From: Candidatus Micrarchaeota archaeon
GTDB taxonomy: Archaea > Micrarchaeota > Micrarchaeia > Anstonellales > Anstonellaceae
Assembly (NCBI GenBank): GCA_026396415.1
Contig: JAPLWX010000004.1
Coordinates: 1-63,176 of the forward strand
Reading direction: 5' to 3'
DNA length: 63,176 bases
The notes under the pieces: generated by a model
The model's input: only the letters and a program-made list of their open reading frames with translations
Database searches by the model: none
Told to the model about the DNA's origin: nothing
Shown here: positions 7,821 through 17,553 of the stretch, piece after piece
Position numbering within the stretch: the stretch's first letter is position 1
How the letters are laid out: each line of letters opens with the position of its first letter
Program-made: the position numbers and the translations under genes

Positions 7821-8126
7821 CTATTTTTCCTCGTAAGCGAGTTTCGCCTGGCTCATTTTGTTTGCCTTTGCCTTTTCTTGTGCTTCTTCAATAATGTAAT
7901 CGTCATGGTCGGGAAAGGTTGAGAGATACAAAACCGCGCTTTTTAAACTCCCAATCTGCTTTAGAAGAGCCCTCTCAAAATGAGGAAGTTTTTTGCATTT
8001 ACTACACTCATAAGACGTAGTTCCATCACTACTCTCCTTTTTCCACGTTTTTAATTCATTTTCCTCGACTTCGAGATGACATAAATCACATGTCGGTTTA
8101 TTTTCCTCAATTTCTTCCTCCGATAC
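7821..8126 (-). CDS. Zinc-finger-containing hypothetical protein lacking a canonical start codon
   Basis: Open frame VSEEEIEENKPTCDLC...ECSKC...LAYEEK*. GGTGA Shine-Dalgarno is followed by GTA instead of ATG/GTG. Confidence 0.4.
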   Translation of the reverse strand, partial: VSEEEIEENKPTCDLCHLEVEENELKTWKKESSDGTTSYECSKCKKLPHFERALLKQIGSLKSAVLYLSTFPDHDDYIIEEAQEKAKANKMSQAKLAYEEK

Positions 8127-8295
8127 TTCTCACCATTTAAAAATATGGAAAAGGAGCTTTTTACAGGTTTAGGAATAGTCCATAAACCTTTATACAATTT
8201 TATGTATTTCTCCTCGAAGAACCAAAGAGGCTTCCTCTTACTTCGATATTATCTCGATAAAAAACAGACTTCTTACACCTTTTTGTTCGCTTTCG

Positions 8296-11037
8296 CTACC
8301 TGTATCTCAGGAAAGCCCCTATCCCATAAAAACTGCCAAGGAACTGCGCGCCCTCCGCGGTGTCGGGCGAGACCACGAAGATGTCGATGCCCTGCCTGTC
8401 TGCAAGTGAGATTAAATCGTCCACCAATGAGACTTCAGACTCCACCTTCACCGTGCCGCCGATTGCCTTTATTTTTTCTGCCAGGTCAAAGGGGGTTTTC
8501 GAGGTGACATACTGCGCCTCGAGAGTGGTGGTGTCCACAAGCTTTGCGCGCTTGTAGGCGACGCCTTCGGAAATCAGAAGCTCCTTTGCCTGCTTGGACT
8601 CGAGCGCTTTCCTTACTTCAGCCTCGCCGTATGTGGCAAGCCCGCCTGCCACCACTTCTTTTATGAACCTCTCGACAATCACGCGCTCGCGTATGGCCTG
8701 CTGCTCCGAGAGGATGTCGGTGGACTTTGCCATCACTTCCCGCACGCCGTATTCGTCTGTGTAGCCCGTGTCCACCACGCCCAGCACCTTTATCTGGTAG
8801 TTGAAAGGCGACATCTTGAAAAAATCGTCCTTTGCAGGCCCTGGCCCGCCGATTATCACGCCCTTCACGCTGTTGACAAAGTACTTGTCCATGTATTCGC
8901 CGATGCGCTTGTAGTAAAGCTCGATGGATTCCTCTATCAGCCGCTCGTACCTGCGCGCGCTGTTGTGCACGATGAAGCCGTTTGCCACGAAGTTGAATGC
9001 GTTTGGCACCGTCAAATCCACGTATTCGCGCTCGCCGGTGATTGGTATTTTTTCCGCCACGCGCGCAACCCCGATGTCGTTTGAGAGCCACTTTGCAAGC
9101 ACCTTTCGGGCAATCCCCTCTTTGCCAAGCGTGCGTGCGCGGGAAAGCAGCACGCCTTCGATATTCTTCCTGAATGCCGCCCGCCCGAGCGGTTTTTTGT
9201 TCCTGAAGAAATTGCTTGCCGCGTGGAAGTCGCTTGTGGAAAGCCCGAGCGAACGGGCAAATGCAAACACTTCCCTGCCGTCAACCGGCACCTGCTCCAC
9301 AAACTGCATCTTCACTTCCCTGTGCATGATATCCTGCAAAGCATCCGACTTGTCTTTCCTTGAAAAGCCTATTTCCGATGAAAAGATGGCCAATGAGGCG
9401 GAATCTGAAATGCTTGTGCACCACTGCGGGTTGCCAGCCACCGTCTTTTGCGAAAATGATGCGCGGATGCCGAAGCGCAGGAGAATGGACTGAACCTGGC
9501 GCATCATCTTTTCCGAGCGCATTGCGATTTCCACGCGCTTCCCGTGTAGGTAGCCCTCAGCATCGTAAAGCCCCGAGAGGAAGGCGGCCTGGACCTGGAG
9601 AGGGGAGCACTGTATCTGCACAGGCACGCATCTTTCGTCTGATGCCGCGAGGATTTGCGGCACTTCGCCTGCCACGAAATCCGCAAACTCCTTGCTGTAA
9701 ATGCGCAGTTCGTAATAGGGCTTCTTTGCAAACGAGCCTTTCTGCCCTGTCTTGTCCACCTTGCGGCAGACCGCAATTATCCCGACCGCGTCCAGCACCG
9801 CCCGGGAATATTTTTCAACCATCTGGTTGTAGCTTTCGTAAATTATTACCCTGTTCCCATCCAGCGTGCCGTCACCCGCTATTACTCCGAGAAGATAGGC
9901 AAGCCGCGGCGTGTAGGTGGCGGGAAGCTTAAGCGCAGGCGCTGCAAACTTCTTTTCGTCGAGCTTGAGGCCATAAAGTGCATACATCTGCCTGATCTTT
10001 CCAGCAGAAAGTGGAATTTCCCCCCGCTCCATCCTGCAGATTGCCATCTGCGTGATGCCGAGTTTTTTTGCCACTTTTGACTGCGGCCAGCCAAGCTCGC
10101 TTCTGCGGAAGCGCAGGCTTTCATATTCCCCCTCGTCAAGCGAAATTCTCGTTTCAGGCTTGTACCTGATTTCCACGTCTTTGCCATCGTGGTGGATTTT
10201 TTTGGCAACCAGCACCCTGTCGCCAATTTTCAGGTCTTTTGCATATGTTTCCCGCACGCCATTTTCCCCGATTGTGAAAAACCTGTGCCACGCCGTTGCA
10301 ACTATTTCCATTTTCGGCGCATGTGCCACTATTTTGTAGGCACTTTTGGAGCGAGTTTCAAACCGGTCTGAGCATTGCCAGTCGCCTATCGAAAATTCCG
10401 AGAGATCCGCTCCTTTCAGGTGCGAACCAGCGGCGACATCGCCCACTCTCGCAAGCGTGCCGTCTGACATCTGCACCATAGTATCGGGAGCAAGGCACTG
10501 CCCGCCTTTTCGTATTTTTGCATGCGCGGTGGAATTCAGGCGATGAAGTATGCGCGTGTTGGTGCCGCGAAGCTCGGCAAGCGTGCATTCGCGCCCGTCA
10601 AGGACTACGAGCCCGTATGAGTCCGTTACCTCCAATGTGCGCTCAAGGGGCTCCAGGAAAAAGCGCGAGTCGCATCGGTAAATCTGCACCATGATCGGCT
10701 CGGGAGGATAGATGGTGAAAAGCTCGATGACCACCTTTGCCGGGTTGTCAGATACATTGCCGCAGAAAATTGCAACTCCTGAGTGCGGAGCGACATTTCC
10801 GTAGCTTTTAAGATGATGCAAAATCCTCTCAAGCGCATCCACCACGTTCTTTCTCGTGCCTTTGCTTTTGATGTTGGTCGCCTGGCCTGCCTCGCCGCGC
10901 AGCTTGTTTGAGGTCTCATGTATTGCTTGCTCTGACGGAATGTACACTGAAATAAGCTCGGTGCCTGAGCCTTTCATTGCCTTGAGGTGCGCAAGCTGCT
11001 TTTTCAGCTCGTACTTGAGTTTTGTCTTTTCTTCCAT
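8296..11037 (-). CDS. prf1: Peptide chain release factor aRF1 with intein
   Basis: GTELISVYIP, NIKS, YRCD, KGGQ|intein|SARRYER. Confidence 0.96.
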   Translation of the reverse strand: MEEKTKLKYELKKQLAHLKAMKGSGTELISVYIPSEQAIHETSNKLRGEAGQATNIKSKGTRKNVVDALERILHHLKSYGNVAPHSGVAIFCGNVSDNPAKVVIELFTIYPPEPIMVQIYRCDSRFFLEPLERTLEVTDSYGLVVLDGRECTLAELRGTNTRILHRLNSTAHAKIRKGGQCLAPDTMVQMSDGTLARVGDVAAGSHLKGADLSEFSIGDWQCSDRFETRSKSAYKIVAHAPKMEIVATAWHRFFTIGENGVRETYAKDLKIGDRVLVAKKIHHDGKDVEIRYKPETRISLDEGEYESLRFRRSELGWPQSKVAKKLGITQMAICRMERGEIPLSAGKIRQMYALYGLKLDEKKFAAPALKLPATYTPRLAYLLGVIAGDGTLDGNRVIIYESYNQMVEKYSRAVLDAVGIIAVCRKVDKTGQKGSFAKKPYYELRIYSKEFADFVAGEVPQILAASDERCVPVQIQCSPLQVQAAFLSGLYDAEGYLHGKRVEIAMRSEKMMRQVQSILLRFGIRASFSQKTVAGNPQWCTSISDSASLAIFSSEIGFSRKDKSDALQDIMHREVKMQFVEQVPVDGREVFAFARSLGLSTSDFHAASNFFRNKKPLGRAAFRKNIEGVLLSRARTLGKEGIARKVLAKWLSNDIGVARVAEKIPITGEREYVDLTVPNAFNFVANGFIVHNSARRYERLIEESIELYYKRIGEYMDKYFVNSVKGVIIGGPGPAKDDFFKMSPFNYQIKVLGVVDTGYTDEYGVREVMAKSTDILSEQQAIRERVIVERFIKEVVAGGLATYGEAEVRKALESKQAKELLISEGVAYKRAKLVDTTTLEAQYVTSKTPFDLAEKIKAIGGTVKVESEVSLVDDLISLADRQGIDIFVVSPDTAEGAQFLGSFYGIGAFLRYR
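8962..10497 (-). mobile_element. Intein (512 aa) with XRE-HTH insertion and LAGLIDADG endonuclease
   Basis: Starts CLAPDT, ends FVANGFIVHN, +1 Ser; LLGVIAGDG and FLSGLYDAEG blocks. Confidence 0.93.
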
Positions 11038-11115
11038 GAGAATGACCTTCAGGGATTAAGCTAGAATCGAGGGGGAATAAAAAAGGGGCTGGTTGGGAAA
11101 CGCGCCCCGGGCAGG

Positions 11116-12294
11116 CTATGCAAGGCGCTTGCCATCCTTGTCCATGGGCACGAGCGAGACTTCGAATTCCTTGATGAAATAGCCCATGAGCGGATCGTTC
11201 ATTATGCGCTCCTGCATCTTCTCGGCCTCCTTCAGGTCCCTGCCCATCACAATCCAGGTGCGAAGGCCCAGGTGCTTCACCCCGTAGAAAAAGCCGGCGT
11301 TCTTGTACGGGCCGAACGTCTTGAAGTAATCCGGGACGTTCATGCTCCCGATTGCAAACACCTGCCCGACGTGGTATTGGTCCATGCCGAGGTAGTATTT
11401 TACCGCCAGCGCACGCGCCTGCTGTATTTCGGAATGGTAGAACATCCCTAAGGACGGGTTTTGCTTCTGGGTGTGCGAGTCGTCCTGCACCTGCCCGCTC
11501 TTTCTGACCCTGTCGTACACGAGGTCGAGGAAGGTGTTCAGGTGGGTGTTGCCGTCCACCCTGTAGTATTCGTTCGTGTGGTAATTCTTCACGCCCGCCG
11601 TCATCGTTATCTTGAGGTTCTCGAAAGTCGGGTCGGAATCGAGCGACCCTCGCAGCACCTTTTTCTGCTCGTATGCATGGGTGCAGAGGTTCACTATGCT
11701 TTTCACCCAGTTGCCCGCGATTGTCCCGTTGTGGCCGTAAGCCTGCTTCATCAATTTCTCGACATCCTCCTCGGTCTCGATTCTAAGCTGGTGGCGCTTG
11801 CCCCGCAGGCCGTATTCGAGCACTGCCCGCTTGGAAAGCAGCATGCCCTCCATTTCCAGCGCGACTTCCTGCGCGTGGAGCATGCCGCAGTTGAACGGCG
11901 CGTCTTCCACTTCGATGTCATGGTAGCTCCTTGTAGAGTGGAGACGGCCCTTTTTCAGCATCACGTTGCCGTGCGCGGTCAGGTGCACGAAAATGTCGAT
12001 GGGAATCCCTGATTTGTAATACGGGAAATACTCGCGCATCTTGTCCTGGATGTGGGCCTTTATCTCGTCTATGATGCCCGGGGTCACAAAGGTGCCGGCG
12101 ACAGACATCCTCTGGAAGTCGACCAGCGTCCCCTCTTTCAGCTCCGCCTCGCGCTGCTCGTCGAGCGCGGTATAGAATGCTTCGGACACGTCCCTTGCGT
12201 CCGCGCAGCCCACCACTATGTGGAGCTCTATCTTCTTGATGTTGCCCGGGGGCTTTTTGATGCCGCCCTCGGCTTGCGCTGCGTTGTTTTCCAT
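11116..12294 (-). CDS. Beta-carbonic-anhydrase-like protein (paralog 1)
   Basis: GCADAR (CxDxR), AHG...NCG; degenerate second repeat YGVKHLGLRTWIVMG; AGGTGA Shine-Dalgarno before ATG 12294. Confidence 0.6.
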   Translation of the reverse strand: MENNAAQAEGGIKKPPGNIKKIELHIVVGCADARDVSEAFYTALDEQREAELKEGTLVDFQRMSVAGTFVTPGIIDEIKAHIQDKMREYFPYYKSGIPIDIFVHLTAHGNVMLKKGRLHSTRSYHDIEVEDAPFNCGMLHAQEVALEMEGMLLSKRAVLEYGLRGKRHQLRIETEEDVEKLMKQAYGHNGTIAGNWVKSIVNLCTHAYEQKKVLRGSLDSDPTFENLKITMTAGVKNYHTNEYYRVDGNTHLNTFLDLVYDRVRKSGQVQDDSHTQKQNPSLGMFYHSEIQQARALAVKYYLGMDQYHVGQVFAIGSMNVPDYFKTFGPYKNAGFFYGVKHLGLRTWIVMGRDLKEAEKMQERIMNDPLMGYFIKEFEVSLVPMDKDGKRLA

Positions 12295-12455
12295 CAGCTC
12301 ACCTTTTTCCCAATCCGCCTGCCCACACAGATATGCCATTTATCCCTGAAAAGGATTAAAAATGAAGCGCGCACCAGTCCATCAGCATGGCACCATTTAT
12401 ATAGTTTTCTTTAATGATGTTAATCACTCAAACCTTAGAACATACGGTGGCGAAT

Positions 12456-14435
12456 ATGACATTGGAAATTATTTCCTTAAATGCGCTGCCAATTTCCATC
12501 GCTTTTTTCCTGTTCGGTGCGCTCCTGCCGCTCGCCTTTTCAGCAAAACCCAAGTTAAGCTCGAAGCTTGGCTTTGGCTTTGCGATATTGGGCAGCCTCT
12601 TCGCACTGGCGGCAGGGGTCATGGCCATTTTAGGGGCAGGCACAGGGGCCTTCACCCTGGCATCGTTTGAATATGTCGGCTCGCTCTCGATAAGCATGGA
12701 CGCGCTCTCGGGATTTTTCGTCTCTTTCATCGCCTTTGTCGGCATTGCAGTTTCCATCTACTCGCTGAGCTACACCGCGGAGTATATCAAGAAAGGATAC
12801 AGCATTGCGCGCTTCGGATTTTTCTATAACATTTTTCTCCTGTCCATGATCCTGGTGGTATCTGCGCAAAATGCGCTCCTCTTCCTAATCATCTGGGAAA
12901 TCATGGCGATAAGCTCATACTTCCTGGTGACTTATGAGCACAAGGAGGAAAGCGTGCAGTCTGCCGGTTTTATCTATCTTCTTATTGCCCACATAGGCGC
13001 TGCTGCACTGGCAGTCATGTTCCTGGCGCTAGCGTCAGGGTCAGGCTCCATGGACTTTGCCTCGTTCCACCAGGCATCCTATCCGCCCTTCCTTGCAAGC
13101 GCAATTTTCATGCTTGCGCTTTTCGGGTTTGGCTCCAAGTGCGGAATAATCCCGCTGCATGTCTGGCTGCCCCTCGCGCATCCGCAGGCGCCAAGCAACA
13201 TTTCGGCACTGATGTCCGGGGTGATGCTCAAGACCGCCATATACGGGCTTGTGCGCGTCCTTTTTGATTTCCTGGGCGTTGCCAATGGCGCCGAGCTTTG
13301 GTGGGGCTTGCTGATTCTTGCGCTTGGGATGATTTCCTCAATATTCGGAGTGCTTTACTCCCTCCTGGAGCACGACATCAAGCGGTTGCTTGCGTACCAC
13401 AGCATAGAGAACATAGGGATCATATTCATCGGCATTGGCGCCGCGTTGCTTTTCTCATGGGCGCACCAGCCGGCACTTGCCGCGCTTGCGCTTTTTGCAG
13501 CGCTTTACCATACCCTTAACCATGCGCTTTTCAAGAGCCTGCTATTCCTGGGGGCAGGAAGCATCATCCACGCAACGCATGAGAGGAACATAGATGAGAT
13601 GGGGGGCCTTGCCAAATACATGCCATTCACGGCAGTGTTGTTTTTCCTGGGCGCGGCATCCATTGCGGCGATTCCGCCGTTAAACGGGTTCGCAAGCGAA
13701 GTGCTGACTTTCCAGGCGCTCCTCGCTGGCATTGAGCCAGGGGTGCAAACTTTCAATTTCACCTCGCTCGTGCTCGCAATTGCCGTTCTTGCCCTTGCCC
13801 TGACAAGCGCGCTGGCGGTAGGCGCATTCGTCAAGGCATTCGGGATACCGTTCCTCGGGCAACCACGCTCAAAACACGCCGAACACCCTCACGAGGCGCC
13901 CAAAACCATGCTCCTGGGCATGGCACTTCTCGCAGTTGGCTGCATCGCGGCGGGAATCTTCCCATCGCTTCTCGCGCAGGCGTCATCAGGCATGCTGGAA
14001 AGCCTGCATTTCGCCGGGGCGTCAAACGCCATTGTCCCATCAGCTGAGGCGCTGCCCAATGCCGTGGTCCTGCTCTTGCTCCTGGCAGGCTCGGCCCTGA
14101 TTATCTGGCTCCTAACGCTTTCCTCAAAGAAAAAGCACAACCATGTTGGCGAGACATGGGGATGCGGCTTCCCAAACGGCACGCCGCACATGCAGTATTC
14201 CGCAGCGGGATTTGCCATGCCGGTCACCAAGGCGCTTGACGCGTGGCTTAACCCGCTGGAAAGCGCATCTGCTTACGGCCCTGCCCTGTTTGACAAGTAT
14301 ATATACGCCCCGATTTCGAATGCATTCCAGTTCGTTGCGCCGCACTCGGCGATATTCAATACAGGCAGGCTGAATGATTACCTGATGTACCTGATATTGA
14401 CGCTTGCCATAGTATTGGCATATGCAATTTTGTGA
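12456..14435 (+). CDS. hyfB: HyfB/NuoL-like proton-translocating antiporter subunit
   Basis: WEIMAISSYFLV, PLHVWLPLAHPQAPSNISALMSG, KRLLAYHSIENIG, NHALFKSLLFL, PPLNGFASE, TWGCG. Confidence 0.9.
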   Translation: MTLEIISLNALPISIAFFLFGALLPLAFSAKPKLSSKLGFGFAILGSLFALAAGVMAILGAGTGAFTLASFEYVGSLSISMDALSGFFVSFIAFVGIAVSIYSLSYTAEYIKKGYSIARFGFFYNIFLLSMILVVSAQNALLFLIIWEIMAISSYFLVTYEHKEESVQSAGFIYLLIAHIGAAALAVMFLALASGSGSMDFASFHQASYPPFLASAIFMLALFGFGSKCGIIPLHVWLPLAHPQAPSNISALMSGVMLKTAIYGLVRVLFDFLGVANGAELWWGLLILALGMISSIFGVLYSLLEHDIKRLLAYHSIENIGIIFIGIGAALLFSWAHQPALAALALFAALYHTLNHALFKSLLFLGAGSIIHATHERNIDEMGGLAKYMPFTAVLFFLGAASIAAIPPLNGFASEVLTFQALLAGIEPGVQTFNFTSLVLAIAVLALALTSALAVGAFVKAFGIPFLGQPRSKHAEHPHEAPKTMLLGMALLAVGCIAAGIFPSLLAQASSGMLESLHFAGASNAIVPSAEALPNAVVLLLLLAGSALIIWLLTLSSKKKHNHVGETWGCGFPNGTPHMQYSAAGFAMPVTKALDAWLNPLESASAYGPALFDKYIYAPISNAFQFVAPHSAIFNTGRLNDYLMYLILTLAIVLAYAIL

Positions 14436-14440
14436 TTGAT

Positions 14441-16081
14441 ATGCTTGAAATTCTTTTCACCCTTATCCTGGCAATAGCGCAGGTTGCATTCGTTCTCTTG
14501 GCAGCCCCGCTTTTGATCGGCATCATGCGCAAGGTCAAGGCGCGCTTCCAGGGGAGGGTTGGAAGCCCCCTCATCCAGCCGTACATTGACCTTCAGAAGC
14601 TGTTCTCCAAAGGCACCGCCAAAAGCGCAGTGACTTCGTTCATATTTGCAATCGCCCCGGTGGTTGGCTTCGTGTCGATCGCCATAGCCGCATTGATGCT
14701 TCCAATCCTCTCCTCATCGCCGTTATTGACCGGAGGCATCATCGTTTTCATTTATCTTTTTTCAATCGGCAGGTTCCTGACCGCGCTTTCGGGCCTCGAT
14801 GCCGGCAGCGCATTTGGAGGCATGGGCTCAAGCCGAGAGATGCTGTATTCCATTTTCATCGAGCCTGCGCTGTTTTGCATTATCCTTCTCATAGCCACAT
14901 CAGGCAGCTTAAGCATTGCCCCCCTCGCGCCAGACACGGCATCCTGGCAGGCCTCGATCTCCACCCCGGCCTACTGGCTCATCGCCATCGCATTGTTCAT
15001 AGCGATACTTGCCGAAACAGGAAGGCTTCCGTTCGACAATCCGGCAACGCATTTGGAACTGACCATGGTCCATGAAGCGATGATACTTGAAAATTCCGGG
15101 CCAAATCTTGCGCTTATAGAGTGGGCAAATGCAATCAAGATATTCCTGTTCTTCTCCCTTATGGGCATCCTTCTGATGCCAGGGGACATCCAAGCAAGCC
15201 TGCTCTGGCCGGCAATCCTCCTGGCGTTTTGCGTGGCGTTGGGAATATTTGTGGCGGCAGTCGAGAGCATCAGCGTCAAGGTGCGGCTGTTCAAGGTCTC
15301 CGAGCTTCTTATATTTTCCATCCTGCTTGCGCTCCTGGCATTCCTGACGCGCATCTTCGCTGTCAAGCCTGAGAGCGGGATGCAATCAGTCCTGGCGCTT
15401 GCCATGCTCCTCGCCGCAATCTATTCCATATTCAGCCTCACCTTCCGTGACCGCATCAAGCTTTACATAATACAGAGCATTTGCCTTGTCCTCATCCTTC
15501 TCCAAATTACCCTCATTGACGGCGCAGAAGGCATGAACTACCTGTTCCTGCTGACCATTGCCATCTTCAAGATTGCCGTCATCCCGTTTGTCCTGTACAA
15601 CAGCATGTCGTATGGCATGCAGCTCATGCCGCTGCAGTTTTATCTCCGGTTCGGGAAAGCCAGGAAAAAATTCAAATTGGACCTGGAAGCCGACCCTCTT
15701 TTCATGACCGCGCCAATGACGACTTCCCGCGCGCTTGTCTATGCAGGCGTCCTAGTCGCGCTGTCTTTCGCAGTCTCGTCGGTCCTGGGCGGCACCACAA
15801 TCATGCTGCCCATGGCAGTCTCGCTCATCCTCATCGGCATGCTCATCATCGCATCCAAGACCCACCTGCTCCTGCAGCTGCTTGGCTTCCTGATGATGGA
15901 AAACGGGGTCGTGCTCCTCCCATATGCCCTGCACATCAACATGCCATTCATTGGCGAATTGGTCACCCTGTTCGACCTGGTGATCCTGGTGAGGATCACA
16001 TTGCTCCTGTCATTCAAGATGAAGGAAACCCATGGCACGCTGGACACCAAGAAGCTCGTCGAACTGGTGGAAAAAAGGTGA
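14441..16081 (+). CDS. Fused HyfC(NuoH-like)-HyfE membrane subunit
   Basis: RKVKARFQGRVG, GSSREM, ETGRLPFDNPATHLELTMVHEAMILE (HyfC); C-terminal half with YIIQS and GFLMMENG (HyfE). Confidence 0.85.
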   Translation: MLEILFTLILAIAQVAFVLLAAPLLIGIMRKVKARFQGRVGSPLIQPYIDLQKLFSKGTAKSAVTSFIFAIAPVVGFVSIAIAALMLPILSSSPLLTGGIIVFIYLFSIGRFLTALSGLDAGSAFGGMGSSREMLYSIFIEPALFCIILLIATSGSLSIAPLAPDTASWQASISTPAYWLIAIALFIAILAETGRLPFDNPATHLELTMVHEAMILENSGPNLALIEWANAIKIFLFFSLMGILLMPGDIQASLLWPAILLAFCVALGIFVAAVESISVKVRLFKVSELLIFSILLALLAFLTRIFAVKPESGMQSVLALAMLLAAIYSIFSLTFRDRIKLYIIQSICLVLILLQITLIDGAEGMNYLFLLTIAIFKIAVIPFVLYNSMSYGMQLMPLQFYLRFGKARKKFKLDLEADPLFMTAPMTTSRALVYAGVLVALSFAVSSVLGGTTIMLPMAVSLILIGMLIIASKTHLLLQLLGFLMMENGVVLLPYALHINMPFIGELVTLFDLVILVRITLLLSFKMKETHGTLDTKKLVELVEKR

Positions 16082-16085
16082 AAAT

Positions 16086-17549
16086 ATGCTTGAACTTATC
16101 ATCCTCCCTCCGCTTATAGCCGGGGTTCTTGCATTTGTATTCCACCGCAGCCCGCGCCAGGTCGAAGCCATTGCAGTCGCCGGCGCAATCCTTGCAGCCT
16201 TCTTCGCATTGCTTTCGGTAAATGCCTTCCTCGGGCCGGAAGTCGGCTTCCGCGATTTCTATGGGGTATTCTATATGGATGCTGTCTCCGGGCTTTTCAC
16301 AGTGCTTACCGCAGTGGTCGCCTGCTTTATCTTCCTTTATTCAGTCGGCTACATCCGCCACGAAGTGAAGGAGAACATTGTGGAGAGGGACCAGATCGGG
16401 CTTTATTACGGGCTGCTCTCCTTCTTTTTGGCAGCCATGCTTGCCGCCACGCTGGCAACCCATCCGGTTGTGATGTGGGCCGCCATAGAGGCGACCACGC
16501 TGGCGTCGGTGTTCCTGATAAGCTTCTACCAGAACTCAAGCGCAATCGAAGCCGCCTGGAAATTCTTCATCATCAATTCGGTGGGAATCCTTCTGGCGCT
16601 TGCCGGCATACTGTTCCTTCTGTTTGCCCTTCTTCCGGCCGGCTCTACATCGGGCGGGGATTGGGACAGCCTTATGATAGTCAAGGAAGGGGCCAACCTG
16701 CTCTTCCTCAAAATAGCATTCGCATTCATCCTCGTCGGCTTCGGGACCAAGGTCGGCCTGGTCCCGCTCCACGTCTGGCTCCCAGATGCGCACAGCCAGG
16801 CGCCCACGCCGGTCAGCGCCATCCTCTCGGGCCTGCTGCTCAATATCGCATTCTATGGGATTGTGAGGACATACCAGGTCGTGGCGCCTTATGACTCCAT
16901 GGTCTCGTTTGCATCCGGCCTCCTAATCGGCTTTGGCCTCCTGTCGCTTGCCATTGGCTCGCTCCGCATCTATTTCCAGCACAACATCAAGCGCATGCTT
17001 GCGTATTCCAGCGTGGAAAACATGGGAATTGTCACGCTCGCATTTGGCCTGGGCGGCCCGCTCGGAATCGCCGCCGCCCTGTTCCACATGGTCAGCCATT
17101 CCCTTGCCAAGCCTTTGGCATTTTTTGGAAGCGGAATAATCGCATTTGCATTCAAGACCAAGGAAATGCCATTCATCCGGGGCGCGGCGCAAATCATTCC
17201 GCTGGTTGCCATCCCGTTTGTTTTCATTGCCGCGGGCCTGGCAGGCAGCCCACCGTTCGGAACCTTCCTCTCGGAATTAGGAGTGCTGGCAGTTTCCCTG
17301 TCAACCAGCCAGATGCTGATTGCCGCCCTATTCATAATTTTCACCACCATTGCATTCGCCAGCCTGCTCTACCGCGTTTCCGCCATGAGCTTTGGCTCCA
17401 CGCCGGAAGGCATATCCGCTTTTTCGCCTTCCCTCACCATGATGGTTTCATTTGTGGCATTGCTGGCACTCACGGTGTACATGGGCATACTGCCCCCTCC
17501 CCAATTCATGCATCTCTTGGAACTGGCAGTGCACGCTATCATAGGTTGA
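16086..17549 (+). CDS. hyfF: HyfF-like antiporter subunit
   Basis: WAAIEATTLAS, EAAWK, GFGTKVGLVPLHVWLPDAHSQAPTPVSA, KRMLAYSSVENMG. Confidence 0.9.
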   Translation: MLELIILPPLIAGVLAFVFHRSPRQVEAIAVAGAILAAFFALLSVNAFLGPEVGFRDFYGVFYMDAVSGLFTVLTAVVACFIFLYSVGYIRHEVKENIVERDQIGLYYGLLSFFLAAMLAATLATHPVVMWAAIEATTLASVFLISFYQNSSAIEAAWKFFIINSVGILLALAGILFLLFALLPAGSTSGGDWDSLMIVKEGANLLFLKIAFAFILVGFGTKVGLVPLHVWLPDAHSQAPTPVSAILSGLLLNIAFYGIVRTYQVVAPYDSMVSFASGLLIGFGLLSLAIGSLRIYFQHNIKRMLAYSSVENMGIVTLAFGLGGPLGIAAALFHMVSHSLAKPLAFFGSGIIAFAFKTKEMPFIRGAAQIIPLVAIPFVFIAAGLAGSPPFGTFLSELGVLAVSLSTSQMLIAALFIIFTTIAFASLLYRVSAMSFGSTPEGISAFSPSLTMMVSFVALLALTVYMGILPPPQFMHLLELAVHAIIG

Positions 17550-17553
17550 TGAT

